Below, piece by piece: positions 48,458 through 58,995 of a DNA stretch of 64,000 nt (the first letter of the stretch is position 1; each line of letters starts with the position of its first letter). The notes under the pieces were generated by a model. That model had not been told where the DNA came from. It searched no databases and saw only the letters and a list, made by a program, of their open reading frames with translations. A program made the position numbers and the translations under genes. Where the stretch lies: the NCBI GenBank assembly GCA_021805985.1, contig JAJZDN010000008.1:26319-90318 (forward strand). Direction: 5' to 3'. This DNA is from Planctomycetota bacterium. GTDB lineage: Bacteria; Planctomycetota; Phycisphaerae; WQYP01.

Positions 48458-49363
48458 TCAAGCATCAATCAGTTTGGTTTTGGTACGAAGTAGCGCGATA
48501 AACTGCTCCACGGGTTTGCTCCAATGGCGGCTTTTGACCCATAACATGTGCAAGGATCTTTCAATCCGCCCGTCGGCAAGATTCAAGGCGACTATTCCCG
48601 AGGCTTTCCCTGCGGCAGTAGACTCGCCGGCGGCCAAGGCGGAAATGACTGCCACACCGGCACCGGCGGCTACCAGCGCCTTAATGGCTTCAGTGCTGGC
48701 GAGTTCCAGAATCGGTTTGAGCGTCACACCGCGTTTGGCGGCTGCGAGTTCCAGCACGGTGCGGGTACCGGAGCCGGGTTCCCGGATAATCAACGGTTCC
48801 CGGGCCAGCATTTCCAACGTGATGCGCTTGCGTTTGGCTAAGGGATGATTGACGGGAACAATGGGTACCAGTTGATCTTTCCAAAATACGCGGCTGGCAA
48901 GTTCGGGATTTTCAGCAGAGCCTTCGGTAAATCCCAGATGCAGCGTGCCATCCAGCAACGCCTGCTGCACCTCCGCCGTGTTGGCAATGCGCACGGAAAG
49001 CTTCACGCCGGGATGCGCCTGCCGGTAGGCCGCCAGCAGCGCCGGTAGCAGGTAAGCCCCAATGGTGGTGCTGGAACCAATGGCCAGACGCCCCTGTTTA
49101 AGGTCTCGTATGTCGGCAAGGGCATGTTCGGTTTCCGAAAAAAGGTCCGCAAGGCGGCGGGCGTACTGCATGAGTGTCACACCGGCATCCGTTAAAACAA
49201 TACCGCGGGGGCGGCGGTCCATAAGCCTCAGGCCCAGCGACTTTTCCAGAAGCGCCATCTGCATGGAAACCGCCGGTTGACTGATGCCCTGAAGTTTAGC
49301 CCCGGCGCTAAAGCCCCCGGAGTCAGCCACCGCCAAGAATGTCATTAATTGCTCATAGGTCAT
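48458..49363 (-). CDS. LysR-family transcriptional regulator
   Basis: N-terminal wHTH MTYEQLMTFLAVADSGGFSAGAKLQGISQPAVSMQMALLEKSLG plus a LysR substrate-binding domain. It is divergent from a YeiH-family gene, mirroring yeiE-yeiH. Confidence 0.85.
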   Translation of the reverse strand: MTYEQLMTFLAVADSGGFSAGAKLQGISQPAVSMQMALLEKSLGLRLMDRRPRGIVLTDAGVTLMQYARRLADLFSETEHALADIRDLKQGRLAIGSSTTIGAYLLPALLAAYRQAHPGVKLSVRIANTAEVQQALLDGTLHLGFTEGSAENPELASRVFWKDQLVPIVPVNHPLAKRKRITLEMLAREPLIIREPGSGTRTVLELAAAKRGVTLKPILELASTEAIKALVAAGAGVAVISALAAGESTAAGKASGIVALNLADGRIERSLHMLWVKSRHWSKPVEQFIALLRTKTKLIDA

Positions 49364-49492
49364 GGCATAATAATAACTGATGAGTCATATTATTGCAATT
49401 TATTCGACTGATATCATGGCAAAGTCTATGATCGCACCGACTTGGAGGGATGTGGTAAGTCCCCGCAGGATAATAGACTCAGGAGTTCGATT

Positions 49493-50584
49493 ATGCCCAT
49501 GCTGAATGAAGAAGAGCAGGCCATCACGTTAGATTCGCAAATTTCAACCGTCCGGCCCATGGACAGACTCCTGCGTTTGTTTGACGCGATTAACCGACCG
49601 GTGTTTGTATTGGCAATCATTTTTTGCCTTTCACCCTGGGCCTCGGCACCGATTGCCTTGGCGTTGGGCATGGCTTTGGCGTTGACCATTGGCACGCCGT
49701 GGCGGAAAACCGCTCATTCGACCGCAAAAATCATGCTGCAGTTTTGCGTGGTGCTGTTGGGATTTACCATGAATCTCCATACCGTTCTGGCGGCCGGGGC
49801 GGCCGGGGCCTTGATGGCGGCAGCGAGTATCAGTGTGACTTTTTTTGCCGGCTGGCTGCTGGGACGCTGGCTTAAAATTGATCCGCAAACGTCCTGGCTG
49901 ATTAGTTCGGGCACAGCCATCTGCGGTGGATCAGCCATCGCCGCAGTAGCTACGGTGCTGGACGCCGGTGAAAGCCAGATGACGGTTTCAATGGGTACCG
50001 TATTTCTGCTTAATGCGGTTGCTTTGTATTTATTTGTGCCGATCGGCCACGCGTTACATCTCACGCAGTATCAGTTTGGCGTGTGGGCAGGCATATCCAT
50101 ACATGATATTTCATCGGTCGTGGCGGCCGCATCACGTTATGGTCCGTCGGCTCTGACCACGGCCACAGCCGTGAAACTTTCGCGGGCACTATGGATTGTT
50201 CCGGTGTCGATGGTTTTCGGGTGGTATGCCAGCCGCATTGCCCGCAGTGAGCCGGCCGGCCTGAACAGCGAATCAACCGACAATAAGCCATCGGTTGCGC
50301 CGGCTCGTAAAGCCAAAGTGCATGTGCCCTGGTTTATCGGGTTGTTTCTAGTGGCGTCACTATCACGGAGTTTCATCCCGGCGATTGATCATGCCGCACC
50401 GGATATCGGCCATTTAAGTGAGATCGGTTTAACGATCACACTGTTTCTCATTGGGGCGGGACTTTCGCGCGCTACACTGAAAAAAGTGGGCATTCGGCCA
50501 ATGGTTCAGGGCGTATTACTCTGGCTGCTCATGGGCGGAGGCACGCTACTGCTGATTTTGCTGCACCGCCGCCACGGATCGTGA
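49493..50584 (+). CDS. YeiH/UPF0324-family membrane protein (putative sulfate exporter family)
   Basis: Polytopic membrane protein with a conserved divergent LysR partner. Conserved SGTAICGGSAIAAVA motif. Confidence 0.7.
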   Translation: MPMLNEEEQAITLDSQISTVRPMDRLLRLFDAINRPVFVLAIIFCLSPWASAPIALALGMALALTIGTPWRKTAHSTAKIMLQFCVVLLGFTMNLHTVLAAGAAGALMAAASISVTFFAGWLLGRWLKIDPQTSWLISSGTAICGGSAIAAVATVLDAGESQMTVSMGTVFLLNAVALYLFVPIGHALHLTQYQFGVWAGISIHDISSVVAAASRYGPSALTTATAVKLSRALWIVPVSMVFGWYASRIARSEPAGLNSESTDNKPSVAPARKAKVHVPWFIGLFLVASLSRSFIPAIDHAAPDIGHLSEIGLTITLFLIGAGLSRATLKKVGIRPMVQGVLLWLLMGGGTLLLILLHRRHGS

Positions 50585-50796
50585 ATGTTTTCCGCCGAAT
50601 TCGTATAACGGTTTTCGCCGGCGATGGCGGGCACAACGAACGGGAAACCAGAATCGCTGGGCCGGCGGGGTTCAGGAAAATGGGCCGCTGTTACCGTTGC
50701 CCTGCCCCACCAGCACGCGGCTTCCGCAGGCGGGTTGTCGCAGGCGGGTTATCCCCAAAGCCCTACAATGGGATATAATAGCTCTATGGTTAATTT

Positions 50797-53319
50797 ATGG
50801 AGCCACTATTGTTAGATCCGCTTATTGGACAAATTCTCGATGTACTGGCCGCCGCTGATGGTGGACCAATTTCCCTGCGCGACATGATGACGCGGCTGGG
50901 GCTAGGCACAAAACAGCAGGAACAGCTTCATCACGCTTTGGACACGCTGATTACCGCAGATTGCGTGATACCCAAAGAGGATGGCCGGGCTATGGCGCTG
51001 CCGGATATGAAGCAGCAGGCCGCAGGGGTTTTTCATGGAACCGGGCGGGGGTTTGGATTTGTTACACCGCTGCGCCCGGACAAGCTCGGGGATTTATTTA
51101 TTCCCCCTTCCGACACGCTGGATGCCATTAGCGGAGATCTTGTAATTTTCCGCATTATTGCGGTAGACAAGCAGGATTCGCGCGGTCGCAGCCGCACGGG
51201 GCGCATTATCCGCATTTTACGGCGCGGCACCAACCGCTGCGTGGGCACTTTGGCCAGGCAACTCAATGCGTGGGTGGTCATTCCGGATGGCTCTATTCTC
51301 AAACAGCCGGTCTCCATACAGGATGTCTCGGCCAAATCCGCTGCAGAAGGCGACAAAGTGGTCGTGGAATTGCTGGAATTTCCCCGCGCAGGCAAACCTG
51401 CAGAAGGGGTTATAACAGAAGTCATCGGCCCCCGTGGCGAGCCGGAAGTGGAATTAGCTTCTGTGATTAAACAGTTTGATTTGCCGATGGAATTTCCGCC
51501 GGAAGTGCTGGATCAAGCCGGAAAAGCCGCCCGCGATTTTGATACCGCATCGCTGGAGGACAGAGAAGATATAAGCAGTCTGGTTACCGTGACCATAGAC
51601 CCCGACGATGCGCGTGATTTTGATGACGCCATTACCCTGCAAATGCTGGATCATAGCGAAGAAAAGCCGGTAGAGGATCTGCTGGGTCCGGCCGATCATG
51701 ATCGGCCCGGGGATGCCGTGTGGGAACTTGGCGTGCATATTGCCGATGTTTCACATTTTGTCGGCGTGGAAAGTCCGCTGGATATGGAAGCTCGGAAACG
51801 GGGCAACAGCATTTATTTTCCGCGGCACGTTATACCCATGTTGCCAGAGGTGCTGTCTAATGGTGTATGCTCTCTGCAGGAAAATAAACCGCGATTAACA
51901 AAAAGCGCTTTTATACGGTATGACCGGCAGGGACATGTGGTCTCCACACGCTGCGCTAATACCCTTATTCGTTCGCGCCGCCGGCTCACTTATACGCAGG
52001 CGCAGGCGATTATTGATGATGCCAAGGGACAGGGTCGCCCGTACGCCAAAGGCTTGCTGGAATCTCCACCCGATCCAAATGTGCCGCAAGTTCCTTCGGC
52101 GATACGCGAGTTATTGGTAAACATGGATCGCCTGGCGCGGGCCATTGAACACCGGCGACTGGAACAGGGAATGATTGTGCTGGATTTGCCGGAGGTGGAG
52201 TTGGTGATGGACCCCACGGGCCGGGTGATTGACGCGCATCCCGGTGACGACGCCTACACGCATAAAATTATCGAAATGTTTATGGTGGAAGCCAATGAGG
52301 CCGTGGCGACATTTTTAACCAGCAAAAAACTCAACGTCCTGCGGCGGATTCATCCCGATCCCGACATGGACGCCAGTGAGAACGTGCGGCAGTTTGTACT
52401 TTCCACCGGGCACAAGTTGCCGAAAAAACTGGATCGCAATGTGATTCGCGAACTTCTGGATTCCGTGCGCGGCACCCCCTTGGCGTACGCGATTCATCTA
52501 AGCGTGCTTAAAACTTTCAGCACAGCGGAATATTCGCCTCTGGAACAGGGGCATTATGCATTGGCCAGCGCCAATTATGCGCACTTCACTTCGCCGATTC
52601 GGCGGTATGCCGATCTGGTGATTCATCGCCTGCTTGATAGCGTCCTTACCGGCCCGCGAAAAAAGGCGGCCCGGGGCAAAAAACGCGCTACCAAACCTGC
52701 AGCGCTTACCACAGAAATTAACGCCTTGATGCCCATGACCTTGAGCAATGTGCCGGACTATAACACTCTGGTTCGCCTGGCGCGGCATTTGTCCTTTACT
52801 GAACGCCGGGCACAGGATGCAGAGCGCGAATTGCGGGCGGTGAAAGTTCTTGATCTACTTTCGCAGCATATCGGCGATGTCATTGACGGCGTGGTGACGG
52901 GTGTCAACAATTCGGGCGTATTTGTGCAATCCACGCGCTTTCTGGTGGAGGGGCAGATACGCATGAACGATTTGCCCCCGGATTATTGGATTTACGACCA
53001 GCGCACAGCGTGCTTGCGCGGGCAGCGTTCCGGCCGGCGAATCACGCTGGGGGATCTGGCGCGCGTACAAATTGTGGCGGTGAATATTTCTTCACGCCGC
53101 ATGGAAGTGCGGCTGATTGAACACGGCTCGACGATTCGCGGTGAGAAGCACATGCGGAAAGTTGAACCCGCGCGTGCCCCCAAGCCCGGGAAAATTCCCG
53201 AGCCAGGCGACCGCAACGTGGAACGGCACAAATCCAAACAAAAAAACAACCAGGGTAAAGATCCCGCCAAGGATGGAAAACGCTCCAAACGTTTTGGCCG
53301 CCGCCGGCGAGGACGCTAG
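50797..53319 (+). CDS. rnr: Ribonuclease R
   Basis: An N-terminal HTH/cold-shock region, an RNB catalytic domain (VTIDPDDARDFDDAI) and a C-terminal S1 domain with a basic tail. Confidence 0.9.
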   Translation: MEPLLLDPLIGQILDVLAAADGGPISLRDMMTRLGLGTKQQEQLHHALDTLITADCVIPKEDGRAMALPDMKQQAAGVFHGTGRGFGFVTPLRPDKLGDLFIPPSDTLDAISGDLVIFRIIAVDKQDSRGRSRTGRIIRILRRGTNRCVGTLARQLNAWVVIPDGSILKQPVSIQDVSAKSAAEGDKVVVELLEFPRAGKPAEGVITEVIGPRGEPEVELASVIKQFDLPMEFPPEVLDQAGKAARDFDTASLEDREDISSLVTVTIDPDDARDFDDAITLQMLDHSEEKPVEDLLGPADHDRPGDAVWELGVHIADVSHFVGVESPLDMEARKRGNSIYFPRHVIPMLPEVLSNGVCSLQENKPRLTKSAFIRYDRQGHVVSTRCANTLIRSRRRLTYTQAQAIIDDAKGQGRPYAKGLLESPPDPNVPQVPSAIRELLVNMDRLARAIEHRRLEQGMIVLDLPEVELVMDPTGRVIDAHPGDDAYTHKIIEMFMVEANEAVATFLTSKKLNVLRRIHPDPDMDASENVRQFVLSTGHKLPKKLDRNVIRELLDSVRGTPLAYAIHLSVLKTFSTAEYSPLEQGHYALASANYAHFTSPIRRYADLVIHRLLDSVLTGPRKKAARGKKRATKPAALTTEINALMPMTLSNVPDYNTLVRLARHLSFTERRAQDAERELRAVKVLDLLSQHIGDVIDGVVTGVNNSGVFVQSTRFLVEGQIRMNDLPPDYWIYDQRTACLRGQRSGRRITLGDLARVQIVAVNISSRRMEVRLIEHGSTIRGEKHMRKVEPARAPKPGKIPEPGDRNVERHKSKQKNNQGKDPAKDGKRSKRFGRRRRGR

Positions 53320-53586
53320 CGCGAGCTTCAAACGACCCGCCGCCTTGATAACCTTGCCTTGCCCCATTGACGTTGCCGACCAATAGCCATCGGGTTGTCA
53401 ACCGCCTGTCGGGGATCCGCTGTCGTCACGAAGTAGAAATGTCACCCTATTAGCCGAAATAGAAGTGTCACCCTGACATCGATTTCCTGGTGGCACGCCG
53501 GCCACGCTTGGCCGCCTGCCGGAGATCCTCCTGTCCCCAGAGCCCACAGCGATATATAATAATTCAGTACTAAAGTGGGAAGACAA

Positions 53587-55221
53587 ATGAAAATCGACAT
53601 GCAGCGTCGTAATCGCCGCCAAGACAGCACGTTTCCGAGACATTTTCGTGCGCGATCATGGCTTACACACCTGTTGGCACGCTGGCCCTTCTGGATATGG
53701 GCGGTTATTACTGCGGGAATCGTCTGGAGGTTGCTGGATTATTCCCTGCGTTATCCCGTGTGGACGGATGAAGCATCACTAACTCTCAATATCATCCATC
53801 GCTCCTACGCCGGGCTGATACGCCCATTGAATTTATATCAAGTGGGGCCGCTGTTTTTTCTCTGGACCCAAAAATTTGTTATTGACCAATTAGGAACTTC
53901 AGCATTGAGCATCCGTCTGCTGCCCTTTGTGGCCGGAGTGGCATGCATTCCGCTGGCGTGGCTGGCATATCGCCCGGCATTTGGACCGCGCGCGGCTCTG
54001 GTGGCAACGGCATTGATCGTCTGTTCTCTGGCGCCGGTACGCCTGACCTGCGAGGCCAAGCCCTATTCAGTTGATCTGCTCTTCAGCCTGATCTTTATGG
54101 GTGCCATGATGCGGTATCTCATGGCCCCGGGGCGATCGCGGTGGATGATTTTCCTTTGCATGTTGACGCCGGTGGCAATGGGATTTTCCTTTCCCTGCAT
54201 ATTTGTGCTGGGTGCCGCCAGTGTTGCCGCAGGCTGGCAACTCTGGTGCCGAGGAAAATTGCGCGTTTTGCCGGTGTGGATATTACTTAATGTCATGGCG
54301 ATCGTGGCCTTCGTAATTAATTATGTTTGGATCATCCATCCGCAAACTCTGAAAACTCGATCCTTTATGGACAGTTTCTGGAAGCATCAGTTCCCACCAC
54401 ATAACTTAGGAATATTCTGGTGGCTCATTAAAGCCAGCGTGTCGGAAATGATGTCCTATCCATTTGGCAGAAATTATGGATTCGGGTTGCTTCTGGCTCC
54501 GTTGTGTCTGATCGGGGTGGTGCGGCTAGTCCGTTCGCGAGGCGCTGCGTGGGGGATTTTGTTAGCCGGTCCATTCGTGTTGACGTTTCTGGCAGCGCTT
54601 TTTCGACATTATCCATTTGGTGGTGCCATTCGCCTGCAACAACAACTGCTGCCTTCTATCGCGATACTCTCTGCCTGGGGAATGCGAACTGTCCTGACAA
54701 GGCTTTTTCATAAACAGTTGGACCGCAGAATGGCGCGTGCGGTGGTGATAGGTGCTGCGGCTGCTTTGGTGGGCTATACATTCGTACAAATACCCATGGA
54801 TATTCGCTCACCCTATGGCCATGGGTTTCGTAGCATGGTGAAGTTGCGGAGGATAGTGCATCGAGCGTTTGATCATGCCGGCGATCACACTGAAATTATG
54901 GTGACCGGACCGGCTTGGCATACGGCGCAAGAAATGGAACCGGAGATTTACTGGTATTTAACGACACAAGCGATTCCCTGTAACACCTCCGGCCAGATGT
55001 GGAAGTCTCCTGTGAACAATAAGCAGGCCAACTTATGGGTGATAAACTTCTGGCGTCCCAGTGATGCCCTCGCGGGTCGCGCCGCCAACCAACAGATGCA
55101 GAATCAGATTGCCCGCTCGGGCCTTCACCTTCACTTGAAGCAAAATAAGGTATTCTATTTTGGTGAGCTGGGTTTTAATTATCACCAAATGTATTGTCAG
55201 GTGGAACGATACACCCCGTGA
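53587..55221 (+). CDS. Glycosyltransferase family 39/83-like membrane protein (ArnT/PMT family)
   Basis: The N-terminus has WTDEASL (loop-1 DE motif) and multiple TM helices, as in ArnT/PMT GT-C enzymes. Confidence 0.55.
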   Translation: MKIDMQRRNRRQDSTFPRHFRARSWLTHLLARWPFWIWAVITAGIVWRLLDYSLRYPVWTDEASLTLNIIHRSYAGLIRPLNLYQVGPLFFLWTQKFVIDQLGTSALSIRLLPFVAGVACIPLAWLAYRPAFGPRAALVATALIVCSLAPVRLTCEAKPYSVDLLFSLIFMGAMMRYLMAPGRSRWMIFLCMLTPVAMGFSFPCIFVLGAASVAAGWQLWCRGKLRVLPVWILLNVMAIVAFVINYVWIIHPQTLKTRSFMDSFWKHQFPPHNLGIFWWLIKASVSEMMSYPFGRNYGFGLLLAPLCLIGVVRLVRSRGAAWGILLAGPFVLTFLAALFRHYPFGGAIRLQQQLLPSIAILSAWGMRTVLTRLFHKQLDRRMARAVVIGAAAALVGYTFVQIPMDIRSPYGHGFRSMVKLRRIVHRAFDHAGDHTEIMVTGPAWHTAQEMEPEIYWYLTTQAIPCNTSGQMWKSPVNNKQANLWVINFWRPSDALAGRAANQQMQNQIARSGLHLHLKQNKVFYFGELGFNYHQMYCQVERYTP

Positions 55222-55235
55222 TACTTATAGGCAGA

Positions 55236-56663
55236 TTATCGGGTAATGGGCCGGATTTTAGTCAGCAATGATAAATCTTCAGTAAGCAGATGGAAATAGG
55301 AAAACACGTTCAAGCGCGTTCGGATCAGCTCCTTCTGGGCGAGAACCGCACGCCGCCGCTTTTGATATTCAGCCTGCCAGTTTTTCCAGTCGATTTTTTC
55401 CACATCCGAAGTCAGGATGTACGATTCTGGATAGGCATAAAGATCAATATTAGCAGCACCATCATAAAGCGGGACTGCATTACATAATATGGCGTCTGTG
55501 AATTTTTCCGTGATGTAATCATCTGCCACCGCCCGTTCCAGGGATAGATAAAAGCCATGATTTTCAATGCCCAGATATTTGTCGTTGCCATGGTGACTGT
55601 CGCTGCTGCGGTGATATCCGCCCAGCGCCCGGTCGGCGAGCCGGCCGTAAATATCCACATCGCCGATGCGCCGGGCCAGATCGCGAATCATGGCGGCGCG
55701 CCAGGCGTATTGCCCGTTATCCACCACGGAACATCGGCGGGTTTTTATGGCGTCACGCGGCGGGACCCAACAGCAGAAAGTTGGTGCGTAACGGATGCAG
55801 GCCGGGTCATCTTCCGGCAGCGGGTTCTGAACAAAACTGTGACAACGCGGTATTTTGGGGTGCCGGGTTTCTTTCTCCACTGAGAGCAGGAATTTTTGGC
55901 CCGGAAGATCCGCAACGCTCCCCGCAATCGTCGCATCATTAAGATATACGCCCACGACAAAATCCGCAGGCGCATCGCCACTGATCATATTGCAGCCCGG
56001 CATTACCCAGGGCAAAATTGTCTGCGACATAAACCGCATCACATCCGAAGACGGAAATATCCAGCGAATAGTTTTGTTGCCAAAGCCAATCATCACGCTA
56101 TTTTCCATCAGCCGAGAGCGTGGTAATACCGCAGGCTCAGGCCGCTTGCCGGCACCGATGGCGTAACGAATTTCACGTACCAGTGTATTGAGCGGCCCAA
56201 AGGCGGATCGCCATTCCGGGGAAAGCCGGGCCGTTTGGGCGGGTGAAGTAGTCAGATCAGTTCCGGTGAAATGTTTGCGATTTGCGGTAGTCAATTCAAC
56301 AGTCCGCCGGCCGTCGCGGTGACGTAAAACCAGATGACCATCTTCGATAGCCCAACTATGCTCATGAATGGATGGCGCTCCCTCCAGCCGATGATCCGGT
56401 CGTAAGGTTAAACGCCTGGAACGTCGCCCGGCGGCACGGTAAACATACCGCTTGCCGGCAATGTCCCGTTCCAGAATTTCCTTCCCTGCGTGCTCCTGCC
56501 GTGCCACTGGGAAAATCCTTTCATAAGTGCCAATTGCTGTGTCTAAGACGCCCGCGAATCCAGATAATTCACCACATCGCGGGCAACCCAGCTCATCGCA
56601 TCCATGGCCCCCTGCGTCCGGGCCGCCAGATGGGGCGCGAAAATCAAATTCGGTGTTCCCCAC
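55236..56663 (-). CDS. GT10-like alpha-1,3-fucosyltransferase-family protein with an N-terminal extension
   Basis: The C-terminal KYLGIENHGFYLSLERAVADDYITEKFTDAILCNAVPLYDG matches the GT10 motif YxFxLxFENS...DYxTEK. The only start upstream of the domain is a GTG at 56663, which would overlap the next gene by 120 nt. The first internal ATG is about 176 codons further in, so the true start is uncertain. Confidence 0.5.
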   Translation of the reverse strand: MGNTEFDFRAPSGGPDAGGHGCDELGCPRCGELSGFAGVLDTAIGTYERIFPVARQEHAGKEILERDIAGKRYVYRAAGRRSRRLTLRPDHRLEGAPSIHEHSWAIEDGHLVLRHRDGRRTVELTTANRKHFTGTDLTTSPAQTARLSPEWRSAFGPLNTLVREIRYAIGAGKRPEPAVLPRSRLMENSVMIGFGNKTIRWIFPSSDVMRFMSQTILPWVMPGCNMISGDAPADFVVGVYLNDATIAGSVADLPGQKFLLSVEKETRHPKIPRCHSFVQNPLPEDDPACIRYAPTFCCWVPPRDAIKTRRCSVVDNGQYAWRAAMIRDLARRIGDVDIYGRLADRALGGYHRSSDSHHGNDKYLGIENHGFYLSLERAVADDYITEKFTDAILCNAVPLYDGAANIDLYAYPESYILTSDVEKIDWKNWQAEYQKRRRAVLAQKELIRTRLNVFSYFHLLTEDLSLLTKIRPITR

Positions 56664-57469
56664 AACGGATAGTCGGCCGGTGGGGGTTCGGGTTCGTGAA
56701 CATCCAAAGCCGCTCCAAAAACTTTGCCGGTTTTCAGAGCTTCCGCCAGCGCGTAAGCATCCATCACTTCGCCGCGGGAGGTATTGACCAGAATGGCATG
56801 ATTTTGCATGAGGGAAAATATTTCGCGGTTAATCATGTGCGCATTGCCCGGACGGTGGCTGACGTGAATTGTCAGGATATCAGAGCGGCGATATAACTCT
56901 GCCTTTTCCACACTTTGTGCGGGAAAATCAACCTGAGAGGCAACATCCAGAACATCGTTATAGATAATCTTCATGCCAAATGCATGGGCCACCCGTCCTA
57001 CCGCTGTGCCGATGCGCCCCATGCCCAGAATGCCCAATGTTTTTCCATGTAATTCCAAACCGCGGCTGGTTTTGCGAAAGCGATGAAATTCTTCCGCAGA
57101 AACCGGCGTTTTCAAATTCACCACCGGCCTCGCGAGCGTAAATATCAGATTAAACACATATTCCACCACGGCATGGGTATTAGCCTGGGGCGTGGAAATT
57201 ACTTTAATATTGCGCCGGGCACAAGCATCTTGATCTATATTTTCCAAGCCAACACCGGCCCGTCCCACCACCTGAAGGTTTGGGGCCAAAGCCAGAAGAT
57301 CGGGATTCACCTGCGTATACGTGCGGACAATCAGCCCAGCGGCCTGGCTTAACGCGGCAGCAAGTGCCGGGCGGTCCTTATAGGATATTTCGTGAACCGC
57401 AGCGTTCTGTTTCAGCCAGGCTAACGGCGTAGCTTCGAGTCCTTCGGTGAGAATAATGGTATGTTTCAT
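56543..57469 (-). CDS. D-isomer-specific 2-hydroxyacid dehydrogenase (SerA/PdxB-like)
   Basis: NAD-binding motif GILGMGRIGTAVGRV, and the catalytic His/Glu/Arg region FAPHLAART. Confidence 0.8.
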   Translation of the reverse strand: MKHTIILTEGLEATPLAWLKQNAAVHEISYKDRPALAAALSQAAGLIVRTYTQVNPDLLALAPNLQVVGRAGVGLENIDQDACARRNIKVISTPQANTHAVVEYVFNLIFTLARPVVNLKTPVSAEEFHRFRKTSRGLELHGKTLGILGMGRIGTAVGRVAHAFGMKIIYNDVLDVASQVDFPAQSVEKAELYRRSDILTIHVSHRPGNAHMINREIFSLMQNHAILVNTSRGEVMDAYALAEALKTGKVFGAALDVHEPEPPPADYPLWGTPNLIFAPHLAARTQGAMDAMSWVARDVVNYLDSRAS

Positions 57470-57699
57470 AGCCGGCTTTTTCCTTCCCCGAAGTCCCTCG
57501 AGGTAATAGCTTTGAGTATAGTTTGATTTCCAGTGCATTGCCACCACGCGACGGACGTTATGGCACAGCGTCTCTCGTGATGCCAAGAACCGCCCGGCTC
57601 GGCTAATGGCTTAGGCATTGGCTTAACTATTGGCCTTGCAATTCAACGCTTCTGCGCACAAGATTAGCAGGACGGTCACTGGCGACCGTGCCGGGATGA

Positions 57700-58995
57700 A
57701 TGATGGCTGCTTTTTTATTACATAATCTGGATGTCCTGGCTCCCATGCTGGTGCTACTGGCCGTGGCGGCGGTTTTTGCGGCTGTGGAGACCATGTTTTT
57801 TTCTTTGACACGCCATGAACTTTATGAGTTCAAAATCAGCGGTAAACGTGGGCAGGTGCTCGCCGCTTCTTTACGCGAGCGCAGCCGGCCGCTGCTAGTG
57901 CTGATTCTGCTGGTCAATATGGGCTGCACGATTCTGTTTTTTGTGCTTAGCACCGTTCTGCTGCAACGCCTGAACCGGCATTATGGGCACGTTGCGGTTA
58001 TCGCATTGAGCTTGGTACCGGTGGTAATAGTGGCATACTTCGGGGAATTGGTTCCGAAAATTTTCGCCCGAAGATTCAACCGGCGACTGGCTGCTGCAGC
58101 GGCCGGCCCCATGACCGTTTTGATGCGTGGAGCTGCGCCGGTGATGGGGGCCATTGAACGGGTATTAATCAATCCGTCGCACCGACTTCTGGGGCGCAAG
58201 GCCGGCCCGCATTTGTCACTGACGGAACTGCGCGAATTGCTGCTGATGAGCCGGGATCAGGGGGTAATTGATACCGCGGAAAATCAGGTGATTCAGCAAG
58301 TGCTGTGGCTGCGGGAAATACGGGTGCGCCATGTGATGGTGCCCCGGGTGGATATGGTGGCTTTTAATATCCAGCGCCCGATTTCCGAGCTTTCAGACCT
58401 GCTGCAGCGCAGCAGACTTTCCAAGATTCCGGTGTATGACCGGGACATCGATAATATTCTTGGCATACTGTATGCCAAGACGTTTTTACTTGATACGCCC
58501 GTAAGTTCCGCAGGGCTGGTGCCACTGCTTAAGCCAGCACACTTTGTACCTGAGCTTCAAACACTCGACCAGTTGCTGGCCGGGTTTCGCGCCCGACACC
58601 TCCAAATGGCCATGGCAGTGGATGAATACGGCGGCATCGCCGGCGTAATTGCGCTGGAGGATGTTGTAGAGCAACTTATCGGGGAAATTTATGAACCCCA
58701 TGAGCCGGTAATAATACCCGTTCGAGAAATCGCACCGGATGAATTTCTGGTATCCGGTGATTTATCGCTGATTGAATGTGGTGAACTTTTCGGCGATCCG
58801 GTAAAAGCGCCGCACATTTCCACCATTGGCGGACTGATTTACGCCCAGCTTAATCGTGTGCCTCGCCCCGGGGACACGGTCGCCCTGGATCGCATGCAAT
58901 TAACCGTGCAATCCATGCGCGGCCGACGGGTGGATCAGGTAAAAATTGTTTTACGTGATGATGCAGAGCACGCCCATCCGGAGGGCCGGCAATGA
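57700..58995 (+). CDS. CNNM/HlyC/CorC-family transporter (DUF21 + CBS pair + CorC_HlyC)
   Basis: An N-terminal 4-TM DUF21 domain, a CBS pair, and a C-terminal CorC/HlyC transporter-associated domain. Confidence 0.8.
   Translation: MMAAFLLHNLDVLAPMLVLLAVAAVFAAVETMFFSLTRHELYEFKISGKRGQVLAASLRERSRPLLVLILLVNMGCTILFFVLSTVLLQRLNRHYGHVAVIALSLVPVVIVAYFGELVPKIFARRFNRRLAAAAAGPMTVLMRGAAPVMGAIERVLINPSHRLLGRKAGPHLSLTELRELLLMSRDQGVIDTAENQVIQQVLWLREIRVRHVMVPRVDMVAFNIQRPISELSDLLQRSRLSKIPVYDRDIDNILGILYAKTFLLDTPVSSAGLVPLLKPAHFVPELQTLDQLLAGFRARHLQMAMAVDEYGGIAGVIALEDVVEQLIGEIYEPHEPVIIPVREIAPDEFLVSGDLSLIECGELFGDPVKAPHISTIGGLIYAQLNRVPRPGDTVALDRMQLTVQSMRGRRVDQVKIVLRDDAEHAHPEGRQ

Noticed and set aside
56543-56663. 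Treating the 120-nt overlap between the GT10-like gene and the dehydrogenase gene as certain
   Set aside because: Upstream of the internal ATG about 176 codons in, the only start is the GTG at 56663. The true start could be that internal ATG, so the overlap is flagged as uncertain rather than asserted.
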